Assembly (NCBI GenBank): GCA_024679065.1
Contig: JAGIQG010000004.1
Span: 35,588,001 to 35,652,000, forward strand
Length of the DNA: 64,000 nt
Direction: 5' to 3'
Origin: Sphyrna mokarran
Lineage: Eukaryota
Each line of letters begins with the position of its first letter. The stretch's first letter is position 1. This document shows positions 37,101 through 48,287 of the stretch, in pieces. Made by a program: the position numbers and the translations under genes. The notes under the pieces were generated by a model. That model did not search any database. It worked only from the letters and a program-made list of their open reading frames with translations, and was not told where the DNA came from.

Positions 37101-40100
37101 CCCATTGTAAAATCTTTCAACTTTTTGAATGAGATGTAACTGGGTTTAAACTGTGTACCAACTCATAATTACTCCTACCAGCGTCTCTGACCTTGGGGAA
37201 AAAAAACTTGCAAAATGCGAAACTATTGTTTCATTTTGATAAAGAATAGATTTTTAAAATAAAAATCACTTTTTCAACAAAGTTAATTTTTCAGTTCCTT
37301 TAAACCAAGGACTATGTCCCAATTTTTATTTCATTCTCTTAAAAAGATTATAAGTGACAGATAATTAGTGGTATTTACTTCCTGGTTGTGGCCTGAGAAT
37401 TTTTCCGACATTATTGGCTGCTCAGATTACTTGATGACATCACTGTTACCACATGACTAAGACTCCCTATATATGACACTTGAACAAAATTAATACTTGT
37501 AAAACGAAATCTACACAAGAGCACAAGATTGTTGCAGGCAGTATTCTTAGTGGCCAGATGCAAACATCATTTTACCACTGACCGCAAACTCGGCCATTAA
37601 ATGGATGAACTGATAAAACTGTTTTAGAAAATTTTGCAAATAGTCTGGTCAAACAATTTTTATAGACAATTTATCTCAAAATACTAAAACGAATATCCTG
37701 CATTGCATCGAAATTAAATAATGGAACTTTAAAGCAAATGCTAAACAATAACTCACAGTTGGTTCTCAATGGCTTAGATGATTAAGGCAGTGAACAAGTG
37801 ACACACAGATTCCTAGTGTGCATGAGTTACACATTTTGTCATACGAAGGTCCAAAATGTGATCCATGACTTGAACCAACTCGGGACACATGCCCATTGGG
37901 TTATCAAGCAGAAAATCGCTGGAGCTCCCACTCTGGGTTGTTATCCAGAGATCTGAGACACACGCACAAAAAATTAGCAAGTATGGATTCACAATTAGGT
38001 CAGACCAAGTTCTACAACCTCTGAAAGCTCAAGTATGAATAATGACTGACTATCTCCAGTGGAACTACATTCCCAATCAACACCATTAGGAGTGGTGGTG
38101 AGAGGGAAATGTGGAGACCAAGAATGATTATCCTTGACGCATTTTAAAAATAAAATCTTGAGGCCTCAGTCAGAGCTCTTAAGCATAAGAATTCTTCTAC
38201 TGCTTTCCATTTATATAGAATTATATATTAATTATTTTTATGGACTAATATTCCTCCAATGATTAAGAATGAGTATGGTCCTCATACATTCTCTTCACAT
38301 GACAGCATCAAATCAGTGTCTCAAATTGCAAATCAAACCTGCATAGAAGTCAGTTTAGTGTCAATTTGCAATATGCAACAAAGAGTACTAAAGTAATATG
38401 CCAAAGGAGGTTTACCCTTGTTGTTTGCTTAGAGCTATAACTACACAGTCAGCATGTTTCTCTCTATTGTAGTCATCCTCTATCTCTCTATAGAACTGCT
38501 GATAGAGCTCATCTCGGCGACTATCCTCAGGTCTGCAGCTGTCTTCTGTAAAAGAAGAACGTACAATTAAACCAGAATAGAAGTTTTATTTTTATCCAAA
38601 TATTTTTTTTAAATCAGATTCGCATTTATGTATTGCTTTTCATGACTATCATACAATCTAAAGTGTTAAATCACTGCTATAATATGGGGAACACAACAGC
38701 TAATTTACACACAGGAAGCTCTTAAACAGCAAGGAAAATGGCATCTAAAGGATAAAAATTAGCCATGACACGAGGTATAGCTACCCCATTACTCTTCATT
38801 TATATTCACCTGAGAGCACAGCTAACTCGTTACTTAACATCACATCTGAAAGACATTGCCTCTGGCAGTACAGCACTCCCTCAGTACTGCAATGGAGTTT
38901 CAGTCCAGATTGTTAAGCTCAATCCTGCCTCAGAGACAAGATTGCTATTAACAGAGTCTCATATGACGTGGTTTGGCAAGTATTGTATTAAATACAATGA
39001 CATAAAAGTATGCCCCTTATCATAGGATGGAGAGAAGATTAGCAAACTTGTTAGAATAACATAACAGTTAATAATAAATGGTTTGCCATTTATGTATTTG
39101 GGGCATGTTAAATTTTAAATAATGCCCTACAACTTCCCTCCTGTTGGTAATATTTTCATACCTGAAGTTAGGTTTAAAATAAAGCAGTATGCTTCTTTGC
39201 TCATATCTACAATCTGGGCAACTCCAAAACTACCATGAGTTTCAAAGCAATTAACAATTATTCTACACATGTATTAACATTTTACATCTTCATATTCACA
39301 ACTCTTGACTTCCTGCTGTCAGGAAGTTTTCTTGATAGTCAATGATATGTTGTTTATACAAGTTTGTTCTCCGGTAATTACACAAACACACCACTTGGTG
39401 GCTTTCTGGCTAATCTGAACAGCTACACAATACAATTCAAAAAAATATTACGCATCTATATTATTTTCTGCTTGTGTTAAGTTTTTCTTTCATGCTACTA
39501 GTTAGTGAATAATGGGCTGGCATGCACTACCACAATGATCAGTTGCCAGAGCAACTTGGCAACTGATGCTATTGCTAAAGAAACAGCCACTGGTAACATC
39601 ATATCTAGTGAGATAAAACCTCTCAACTTCAGTCATCAACAAAGATGCTTGACATGAAGAAATCCCATCTGAAAGGATTTGTTTACACTTTCCATCATAT
39701 TTCATAAATAAAAGGATGCTGGTACCTAATGTAATTTATTGCATTTTTCCAACTTGGCAGTTTCTCAGCAATTGGGTCATTAGGCTCACTGTTCCACTCA
39801 AAACTCAAACTATGTTTTATTCTCCTCCAAGTTTGAACACTTCAATTCTTTCCTTCCACTTGCCTGCACAACTGACAACTATAAATCTCGCACATTTATT
39901 TGCCAGCCAAAGTAAATGCTGAACTTTAATACCGTGGCTTAAAGTTGCAGGCTTCAGTTTGCACTGCTAACAAACATTTGACACAGCAGCGCTATACTGG
40001 AATACATGCCTGCAGTCATTGACAGAACAATGACTCTACCCTAAGAAAACAGTCAAATGGTACATGCTATTTAACACTTTATTCATCTCGCCCCATAAAC

Positions 40101-43100
40101 CTGACAAGTAATGTTTTCTCATCAGTGAACTGCAGGACGCACACCCCACTGAGAAACATTTCCTGATATAGAACTCCAGGACATCCTAAATATGATATCT
40201 TAAACCCACTGAGCAGCAGTTCAACAACCAAGCCACCAACTTGTTTATCCCTATCATTGCACAGATTTACATGGTTCATGTCCTGCTCCACATCAGATCC
40301 CATATTTTGCCCAATCAAATAGTGCCCTCACACTGATTTGTATGTCAATGTCTCAAAAGAATCCATCCTCCTAAATTAATAAGATGAGAAAAAATAGGCC
40401 ATTCAGCCCCTTGAGACTATTCCACCATCAAATAAGATCATGGCTGATCTGGTAACGGCCTCCAATTTCCTGTCTATCTACAGCCAAAAAACCCTTATGT
40501 TTCATGTGCACTGAATATGGAAATCTCATGAGGTATACAAAACCATCAAAAAAAAAGCCAACAGAATGCTGGCTTTTACATTTAGAGAAATAGAATTCAC
40601 GATGGTACCACAGAAAGGCTACATAGCACAGAAAGCAGCCATCTGACCAGTTGTAAAAGTTTCTTCTGCAAGTGGCAATTTATGCTAGGCCAATTGTTAA
40701 TTTTAAATCTAAGCTTGATCAGGAATATGGGGAAAGGTGGGGATGGAAAGTACATGGAATGATATCTTAGGTGAACAATGATTTCACTGAATGGTAGAAG
40801 CCTCAAGAGGCTAAACAGGATACACCTGTTCCTATGTTGCTAACACCTTTCTTGAAAGGTTTATCTTGCAGACAGCCCTATCACACATCATGATCTGATA
40901 ATTCTAGATGCAACTCATCCATTAAGCCACTGCCCCCTACCTCTTCTACAAGTTACCCCATTCAACTCTTCAGATCCTCCTCCTACCCTCTCCAACTATT
41001 CTCACTTTGCCATAAAATTACAGTTGGTAATATTTTGCCATGTGCTGCACCATAGATAAACAGCAAATTTTTCCCTCATGTGACATCTATAATCATCTAA
41101 ATTTGATTCTTAGATCCATAAAAGATAGAAATTGGCAATATAAACTTTCCATGTATCCACCACCATCCAAGTAGCGGTAAGTAAAGTCTGTTTTCCAGAT
41201 CTTCAACCTCTACTGCAGAGAAACGGTTATGCTCCAACCATTTCTGTTCATCCAATTTCCAAACTGATGCACACCTTCTATTTACCTACACAGGTCAGGA
41301 TTTATTAAAACAAGGACAGAATATCTATAATGAGAACTTATGTACATCAGAGCATCCTGGTCTAATTATGTTCCACTCTTAATCCCTAATGTGTCTGATA
41401 GTTGCAATTGGTCTTGACTCATATGTATAAGACAAGAAGTATCAACTAGTTTTTAAAAAATCTGTTAAAGAAAGGTAACAATGATCAATAGTGAAGGCCC
41501 TTAAGCTAACCCAAATAAAACACTTACCAAAACAAAATCTAAATAAAATGCCAAAATCAGAATGATTACCTACAAAATTACATGCATTCATTTATAGTAT
41601 TTTAGTTAATTGGTAAAATCTTATATAGATTTGGACCACATTTGGGACTTAATTTTATTATTGCTTCAAAAATAAGCCTAGCTTCGTGTTGAAGAAAAAT
41701 GGGCTCCGCTAGTAGATTTCTAAACAACGGCAGTCATTAAACATATATTGCTTTACATGCTTTTGTCATTGTGTTTTAGATGTTTTCTAAAGCAAATATT
41801 TGGTACACCATAAACAAGCAGATGCATAACATAGTCATACCGCTCCAGGTGTAGTTGTAATCCTCTGTGCTGTAAGGCTCAGTATAACCACCATAATATT
41901 CCAACACTTCCTGAGTCCTTAAAGGGGAGGAAATAACTGATTAACTTAGATGCCTAATTTACATCCACTATTACAAATCCTTTACTTACTTTAGTATTGC
42001 TCAAAAGAGACATGCTGTCTAAGTTCTGCATGGACAAATGACTATTTAGTTACTTTGCTTTCTTTTGATGGAAATGATTTCAAGTTTTGGAGTTAACTAT
42101 TTATAAAAAAAAATTTAGGAAGACCACTCTAAAATATTAATATAGTTCTGCATTGCAAGCTTCAAAACACCACTTATAAAAATTGATTTAATTGAGCAGC
42201 ATGTACTCACCATTCAGATGAAGCTGAAAATTGAAGGTGACCAAAGATTTGATCCTAGGAGTTTGCAATGGAGGACAAACACATCGACCAAGATTTTGTG
42301 GATGGAGTGAGTGACCTTTTACACTAACTTGCAGGAACTGGAAATTTATTTTAGTGCAGTGCCCTCTAAACAAGATCTGCAATTTGTATGAATAGGGCAA
42401 GCAACTATGCATCTCCTTAATTAGACTGAGGTCTTCGTGAGCAGCACAACATAAACCAGGAATGACAAATTAGTGTATTTAAATCAATACCAAATTGAAG
42501 ATGTAATAAACAGGGAAAAAAAGCTGGGATTAAGAGAAATTAAGGATAAAACAGGTTCTTTAATTATTTTATGACTCTTCTGTTAATAATTCCATCCAGG
42601 AGTCCATTTAATCACAATGAACTATTAGCCCCAAATTTGAACCTGTGAATGTGGTCCTACTCTACAAGCCAACAGCCTTAAGTGTAAAGGCCAGAATAAG
42701 GAAGAGTCTCCAAAACATGTTAAAATCTCAAACTCCGTGACATACAAGTTGACAATTATACTGATGACCCCAAATATAAGTATTCTTAAAACTTCAGGTC
42801 ACTGTGAAGTGAACTGTATTGTATCGTGGATTGCGTGAGGACATTTCTACTTGATCTGGTTTGGATAGTATGACATAATTTCCATCTGGAATGCAAAGAT
42901 CTCAAGTAAAACAAGTCTGGGCTGTTTCCAATACATGTTTGGGTAAGTATGTTATGAGCCACACAGACCAGGAATCAACACAAGGGTTAACTTAAATTTG
43001 TCACCTCTCCTCACCAATTAGTTGCAAAGTCACTTGGATTTTGGGAATGCTCAAAGCTGAAGTGTCAAAATGGAAAATACTCCATATTTACATTTAGAAA

Positions 43101-44673
43101 TGCCAAATTTTATCCTTGAAATTAGTGCAAGTATTGGAATCAGCAGAATGATATTTATCCGTCACCTGTAAGGATCAACTCTTTCAGCTCCCAAAGGTGA
43201 TCGGTCTCGCTCTAGATCTTGCCGAGTCGAGAGGATACTATTTAAAACAGAAAACTAACTTAAGTTGGTTAGCGTTTTCATTTAAAAGAAACATTTTAAA
43301 GATCATTACCAAAGAAACTCCTTTTCAAAGCAAAAGGAGTTTGCAGGGGCTTCGAGCCAAATATTCTTGATTTGGTACAGTGCAAAAGTCGCAGGTTACT
43401 CAATGTCATCTGGTGAATCATCTTATTCAAGGTCAGAATCTACAGACTACTGTTATGATCGATCATATCCTCAAATGAAACTTTTCCTCACTCATGATAA
43501 CTATTCTATGGCCGCTACTAAAATAATTGTATGATCACCTAAGACTCAGTCAAGTTCAGTTACAATAGTATCATTAACCAACAGCTTCTTGACACACTGC
43601 TACATAAATGGGCATGAACAAAGAAACTTTGGTGATTTGTGCCTTAAGAAGAGGCGCTTAATAAAAATAAACCAGGTGGAAGAAAACAAAACACCAAAGG
43701 CTGTAATTAACATGCAGTTGTATTGAAGTGTTGATTGCAATCACCCTCAAATCTGAATGCATGGTAAAAGTGGTCTTTTCATATCACTGCTGTGAGAAAG
43801 CAGTGGTAAGAATTAATGTCCACAATGTAGTAATAGTGGGTAAAACATTACTATGACCTAGATTTGCAGTACGTTTTAATGATGGCAAATGCATCACTAA
43901 TGAATCAAGAAGCCAATTTGACCTTTACACAAGTTTTAATGAGAAACATATGCAACTCACTTCATCTACTGTCAGTATTACACTACAATAAGATACAACC
44001 CAGTCTCCTCTCCACCACCCACAAAGTCCAGAGTGAATTCTTGTTCCATTTCCCAGACCAACACAATATTATTACAAATGCAATTGAACCATCTTTGTTG
44101 ATAACCTAGAATAAACTTGTCATACCTTGGTATGGATTCTCTTGGAACATTGTACTCTGCTGTTGCAAATGAACTGGAGGGAAGAGAAAAAAATAGCCAA
44201 GAAAAATCAATGTCCAGGTCTTTGTATTAAGCCTTTTCTGCAAATTTATTCTTTCCACTATTAGAGGGTTTCATCTGAAATGTAATGACATAGAACAAAG
44301 GAACAACTAACCAAAAACACAAAAGCTAAAAAGAAAAAAAAATTTTTTTACGACATACAATAATTACATGACATTGTTTTTGCCTACTGAATAGGTTCGA
44401 GGTTTGAATCCTGAATCAGACTGAACAATTTTCATTACAAGACTTTTTCCAGCATCAGCTAGCAATATTGTAATGATCGACTGACCACTAGATTAAGTTA
44501 GAACTGAAACAAAATTTCATTAAATTTAGAATATTCACAAATATTTGAATGAAGTAATAATCAAAAACTAAAGACTTCTCTGGGGTAACAGGCATTTAAA
44601 ATACTTCTCCTTACCTTCCATCTGGGCTGGGTCTGTGTGATGGACCTCCCCTAGACTTTATCCAAGCAGACAT
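28156..44673 (-). CDS. NCOA5-like: NCOA5-family protein (nuclear receptor coactivator 5-like), ~386 aa, whole-gene span. Coding exons: 44673-44615, 44173-44126, 43237-43166, 41917-41841, 38545-38416, 34867-34668, 31955-31674, 30720-30655, 30274-30089, 28196-28156
   Basis: All introns GT-AG with consistent phases; total 1161 nt = 387 codons; core 'RRDELYQQFY..I....REKHADCVVI..KQQ / DYAKLVGRRVQELGLLVDL...SCTVIIL / EHRNMPLEDAL...KERLEIA..AA.LAD...IRHLLFLL.D.KHL.AEE..KVVDYL..RKE' aligns with the NCOA5 core as I recall it. Confidence 0.85.
28330..28720 (-). mobile_element. Decayed CR1 RT fragment (intronic)
   Basis: 'LSKFADDRKL' and 'YCT.F' remnants. Confidence 0.55.
30089..30274 (-). CDS. NCOA5-like: NCOA5-like proline-rich exon (…KPKPLLPTPGRPPLLGHAPLSQKKPPLLGDRPIRALLPAP)
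   Basis: TTTTATTTTCCAG acceptor, CAG|GTTAGC donor, 186 nt, open in phase 1. Confidence 0.8.
30655..30720 (-). CDS. NCOA5-like: NCOA5-like 66-nt exon (EANSNWQNFQEGGAENYQWPHE)
   Basis: TTTGTTTTGATAG acceptor, AAG|GTAAGT donor, open, symmetric phase 1-1. Confidence 0.7.
31674..31955 (-). CDS. NCOA5-like: NCOA5-like exon containing the nuclear-receptor box (EHRNMP…IRHLLFLL…RKEDLEG)
   Basis: ORF 31669-31944; CAG acceptor, G|GTTAGT donor. Confidence 0.92.
32110..32392 (+). mobile_element. V-SINE/HE1-like SINE
   Basis: Head, GGTTTCCTCCAGGTGCTCTGGTTTC core, CCTACTTGTGACACTAATAAATAAAC tail. Confidence 0.85.
33580..34320 (+). mobile_element. CR1 LINE 3' fragment
   Basis: 'YKTLVR', 'QFWSPY', 'SRTRGHNLRVKGRPFK' remnants and tail. 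Confidence 0.75.
34668..34867 (-). CDS. NCOA5-like: NCOA5-like exon, anticodon-binding-like alpha/beta domain (DYAKLVGRRVQELG…SCTVIILYAGHK)
   Basis: ORF 34564-34902; 200 nt between AAG acceptor and AAG|GTAC donor. Confidence 0.92.
36810..37079 (+). mobile_element. V-SINE/HE1-like SINE
   Basis: Homologous to the copy at 32110-32392, same tail. Confidence 0.85.
38416..38545 (-). CDS. NCOA5-like: NCOA5-like exon (EDSCRPEDSRRDELYQQFY…DCVVIALSKQQ)
   Basis: TTCTTCTTTTACAG acceptor, GG|GTAAAC donor, 130 nt open. Confidence 0.9.
41841..41917 (-). CDS. NCOA5-like: NCOA5-like Tyr-rich exon (RTQEVLEYYGGYTEPYSTEDYNYTWS)
   Basis: Pyrimidine tract + AAG acceptor, G|GTATG donor; supplies the needed phase 2 to 1 change. 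Confidence 0.7.
43166..43237 (-). CDS. NCOA5-like: NCOA5-like exon (SILSTRQDLERDRSPLGAERVDPY)
   Basis: TAG acceptor, CAG|GTGAC donor, 72 nt; RDRSP motif as in the NCOA5 N-terminus. Confidence 0.75.
44126..44173 (-). CDS. NCOA5-like: NCOA5-like 48-nt exon (SSFATAEYNVPRESIP)
   Basis: Strong TTTTTCTCTTCCCTCCAG acceptor, AAG|GTATG donor, open. Confidence 0.7.
44615..44673 (-). CDS. NCOA5-like: NCOA5-like first coding exon (MSAWIKSRGGPSHRPSPDG); exon starts at 44679
   Basis: TTTTTTAG|GTTAAGATG start with A at -3; AAG|GTAAGG donor. Confidence 0.7.
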
Positions 44674-45289
44674 CTTAACCTAAAAAATTGGAAAACTGGT
44701 TAAGAAAACATGGCATTGCTTCAAGGAAGTAAATGGTATGTTGGCACATACTCCATTTGGAATTCATCCAATATCCTTAATTCCTTTAGATGCACTTGGG
44801 TTTCGTAACACTAATTGTAAAGAAACTGTGTTTTATCAAAATGAAGGCTGGAAAAGAGTAGGATGCTAAACTGCACAATAAACACCAAGAGATTCACAGG
44901 ATCTAAAATACACACTTAGATAATCTATCATTCAAAAAAAGTTGTTTTTGCACTAAATACTCGTGCTTGCACTACACAGATAATAGAGTAGCACTCAATT
45001 CTGGAGCTTAAAACTAAATTGCTGTCTTTGCAATATCTTTAAATTTTTCCCAAAATTTAAACACGCTTTTCTGATATTCAGCAACTCCAATGGTTCACTC
45101 AATCAAAAAAAAACATACAACAAACAGGATTTTCCAGCTATGAAATCGTATCCATTTATAAATCTAAACAAGGTGATATAATATCCAGATTACTTCGGAA
45201 ACGTCCTTCAAGAGTCTCCAAACTTTGACAAATAACACTGAATAAATTCAAGTGTCTCAGCACACTTATTGCCTTCATTTTCACATTTC

Positions 45290-45500
45290 AGAATCATATA
45301 ATCCCTACAGTGCAGAAGCAAGCCATTCAGCCCATCAAGTCTGCATCAACTGTCTTAAGGAGCATCTTACTCAGACCTTATCGCTGAGGTCTGATATATA
45401 TAGCAACATATTAGTTGCTAATCCCCTATCCTACATATTTTGGGATACTAAGGGGAAATTTAGCTCAACCAATCAATCTAACCTGCACATCTTTGGACAT
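45290..45500 (-). mobile_element. SINE/CR1-tail fragment
   Basis: ATCCCTACAGTGCAGAAG..GCCATTCAGCCCATC and CCAATC.ATCTAACCTGCACATCTTTGGAC words. Confidence 0.6.
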
Positions 45501-47929
45501 CTTTCAAATGTTAAAAGCATCGTGCTAGACACAAATGTTATTGAACATGGATGGGCCACCAACAATTCAAATCACTTAATTTGTACTGTAGGTATACTGT
45601 AGGTGTCCTGAATTCCCAAATCAAGGGTATTGTTATACAATTCAAACTCAGGCATCAAATAACTAAAAATTTCCAATATTTGGTAGGGTGACGGATTGCC
45701 ATGCTGAGTTTCTAACATCTGGTAAAACTAATATATACAAATTCAATCATTAATGGAACCATGGAATAATATTTTGCTTCAGTTTTTAAATCTGAAACAG
45801 GAACACTGCTTTCACACTGTTACCAATACACCTAAAATTGTTCTTCCTACTTCAGATTTGTAGACTATATTTTCATAATGGAAGTTACTTGGCTTGCTAA
45901 CCCTCAAATGACAAGGAAGCTTTTGCCAATATTTATCAATTCATACATTGAGGGAATCTAGGAAATCCACACAAGTGCAAATTCCCTTTTCATGTAGAAG
46001 AAAGATCTCATTCCTCAAATCCTAGCTGCATCTGCACAGCATGGTGATAAGACAGTACAGCAGGAAAAAAAAACAATCCAAAAATGGCAGTCTACTGTAA
46101 TCTGAATATGTTATAATAGTGCTGGCCTTGTTAATGATACATCACAGCAAGAATTATATACAATCTATCACTGGTATTCTAAATTGAAGCAACCTTTGTT
46201 TCATTATCAGATTGTTTGAATTTGTTTTAATTTTAGATTGTACGTATATAGCTTATCGCTCTCATTTTGTCTATTGTTTTGATTTGTGCTCTTTTTATTG
46301 TGCATGTTACTGAGCACCCTCCTGCAATTTGCATATATCAATTAAGTATCAGTCTATTAATCCACAAATTCATTTGAGACTGGTGTATCCAATACTTCAA
46401 CTCTTCCTTTTATTCTACAACATCCCTGCGGCCTCAACTAAAATGCTTCAAATTCTGACTCCAGGCAACTTTTAAGTTTCATCCACGAAAATCAATTTTG
46501 AGTTCAAGTCTGATTAAGCATTCACACTTGCAACACCATGATCTGTGTTTTCTTGATACAGAAAATGGGAATTATAACAGAACTTTGGTAAAAACAATTC
46601 TTTAGATGCGAAATATGGTTTGAAACTAGGTTAATGCATTTTCTTTTAAATTCTATACAAAATATATATACTGGAATTGTCAAAAAGTTTGTTTCCCTTA
46701 AAGCACTGATACAAATTGGACACTAGTTACACATTCCTCTAAATAGTTAATTTCTACATGCCTAGATAGGGAATAAAGACATCAGCCCAGTTATTCCTTC
46801 AATTCCCTCCCAAGAAATACCAACTGTAAAGGCTCTACATCTAACTCACCAAAGTCCAGGAACTTGAATTTGTTTATGTATGAAGATCTATTGCTATCAA
46901 TTGAAATACTGAAGGTCCCAGAAGTCTTGTTCTAAAAGTAGCTTATCTTCAATAATAAAATAACTGTGCTTTGACAGCCCAAGTTGGAATGATGCCTAGA
47001 CAAGTGTCCACCCGTAACCAAACTCAAGGTTAATTTCAGTACAATTTTTGAGTTTTGTTACATATATCCTCCCAAAATGCATAAAACTCAAAGGATTACA
47101 ACCATCTGAACTCACCTTCTGAATGTTAATTATAAATAAGGAGACTTCTCAATCTACACTGCTGAATCTTCAAGCTTTAACAGCAGAAACCAAAGAGAGA
47201 GATTAAAGTGGTAACAGAAGGGAGTGTTATACATACATGCTAATCTAACTTTTCTCTTCAGATTTGACTGATGAGAATCTCCAACAATTTTGTATTTTTG
47301 TTGCAGCTTACCAACATTTGTAATGTTAAGTGTTTGAGAAATGCAATATCTGAATCACTTTCTAAACGAAAGTGGGGAAATCATTGATAGTGCGTGCGCG
47401 TGAATGCACTAAGTTAAAAAAAAACTCGTCCGATACCAGGTGGCTGTAACGGCGCTGACTTTGGCGACTGTTGTTCGGTGAGTTTTTTTAAAAAAAAAAT
47501 CAACAGAATAAGAGACTCGATCAAATGGGAATCTTCACAACATGGCCATCGAGTCTGGGCCGAATAAAAGTTTGGGGTGTCGCTTTCGGTCACAGAGACC
47601 GAAATAAATCGGAGCGCGGTTCGAAGCGGTGCCCCCCCCCCACAGTCGCGGGGATGAGGCGGAGAGGCCGGGCGAGCGGCTCACAAAGCCTCCGCCTGGG
47701 GCAGCAGCGGCAGCCGGGCCTGGGCCTCCCAAACAAAGGAACGTTTCCAGCCAAAATTAAACCCGGAAGCGCGAGGGACGGCGCAGCAAGACTAAAATTA
47801 AATAGAGGGTCGGTGGTCCGGGAGGCGGCAGTGTTATGGATGGAGAAACTTCCCTCCCATCATATCAAAATGAAAGCCCGATTCACCTCCTGCTGCTTCT
47901 CGCTCTCCTCTTCAGGCTGCCAACCTGAT

Positions 47930-48110
47930 CCGGAAACACAAACCAACCGCTCCTCCTCACCCGGAAACACAAACCAACCGCTCCTCCTCACCCGGAAACA
48001 CAAACCAACTGCTCCTCCTCACCCGGAAACACAAACCATCCGCAAACCACCCCCCCCCGACCCGGAAACAGAAACGAACATTTCCTCCTCACCCGAAAAC
48101 ATAAACCAGC
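47930..48110. repeat. 31-bp tandem repeat (CCGGAAACACAAACCAACCGCTCCTCCTCAC), 3 full + 3 partial/degenerate copies
   Basis: CCGG(A/G)A starts at 47930, 47961, 47992, 48023, 48062 and degenerate CCGAAA at 48093. Confidence 0.9.
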
Positions 48111-48262
48111 CGCGCGAACCTACTTCCTTTCATCTCCACCAATCGGATCACTCCTTACATAGCTGACGCCGACATCCAATCAGCGGCGGTTTTCGGAGAG
48201 AGTGGGTGGGGGAGGAGCTGGAGGGCCCGGGGGGGAGGGGACAGCGGCTGCGGACTGTGATG

Positions 48263-48287
48263 ATGAATTCTCTGGAACAAGCTGAAG
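48263..48287 (+). CDS. CNEP1R1: CNEP1R1 coding exon 1 (MNSLEQAE); an in-frame ATG also lies at 48260
   Basis: AAG|GTAAAT donor. Confidence 0.93.

Noticed and set aside
41528-41569. 42-nt in-frame minus-strand exon candidate (GNHSDFGILFRFCF) with GTAAGT donor
   Set aside because: Very U-rich, intron-like composition and not needed for the frame; left out of the model pending transcript data
47930-48110. CRISPR-like regular spacing
   Set aside because: Units are contiguous tandem copies without unique spacers; eukaryotic context, no cas genes
47525-48166. 213-aa plus-strand ORF with repeated PETQT units
   Set aside because: Lies over the CpG island and 31-bp repeat; stop-poor GC sequence with no recognisable domain
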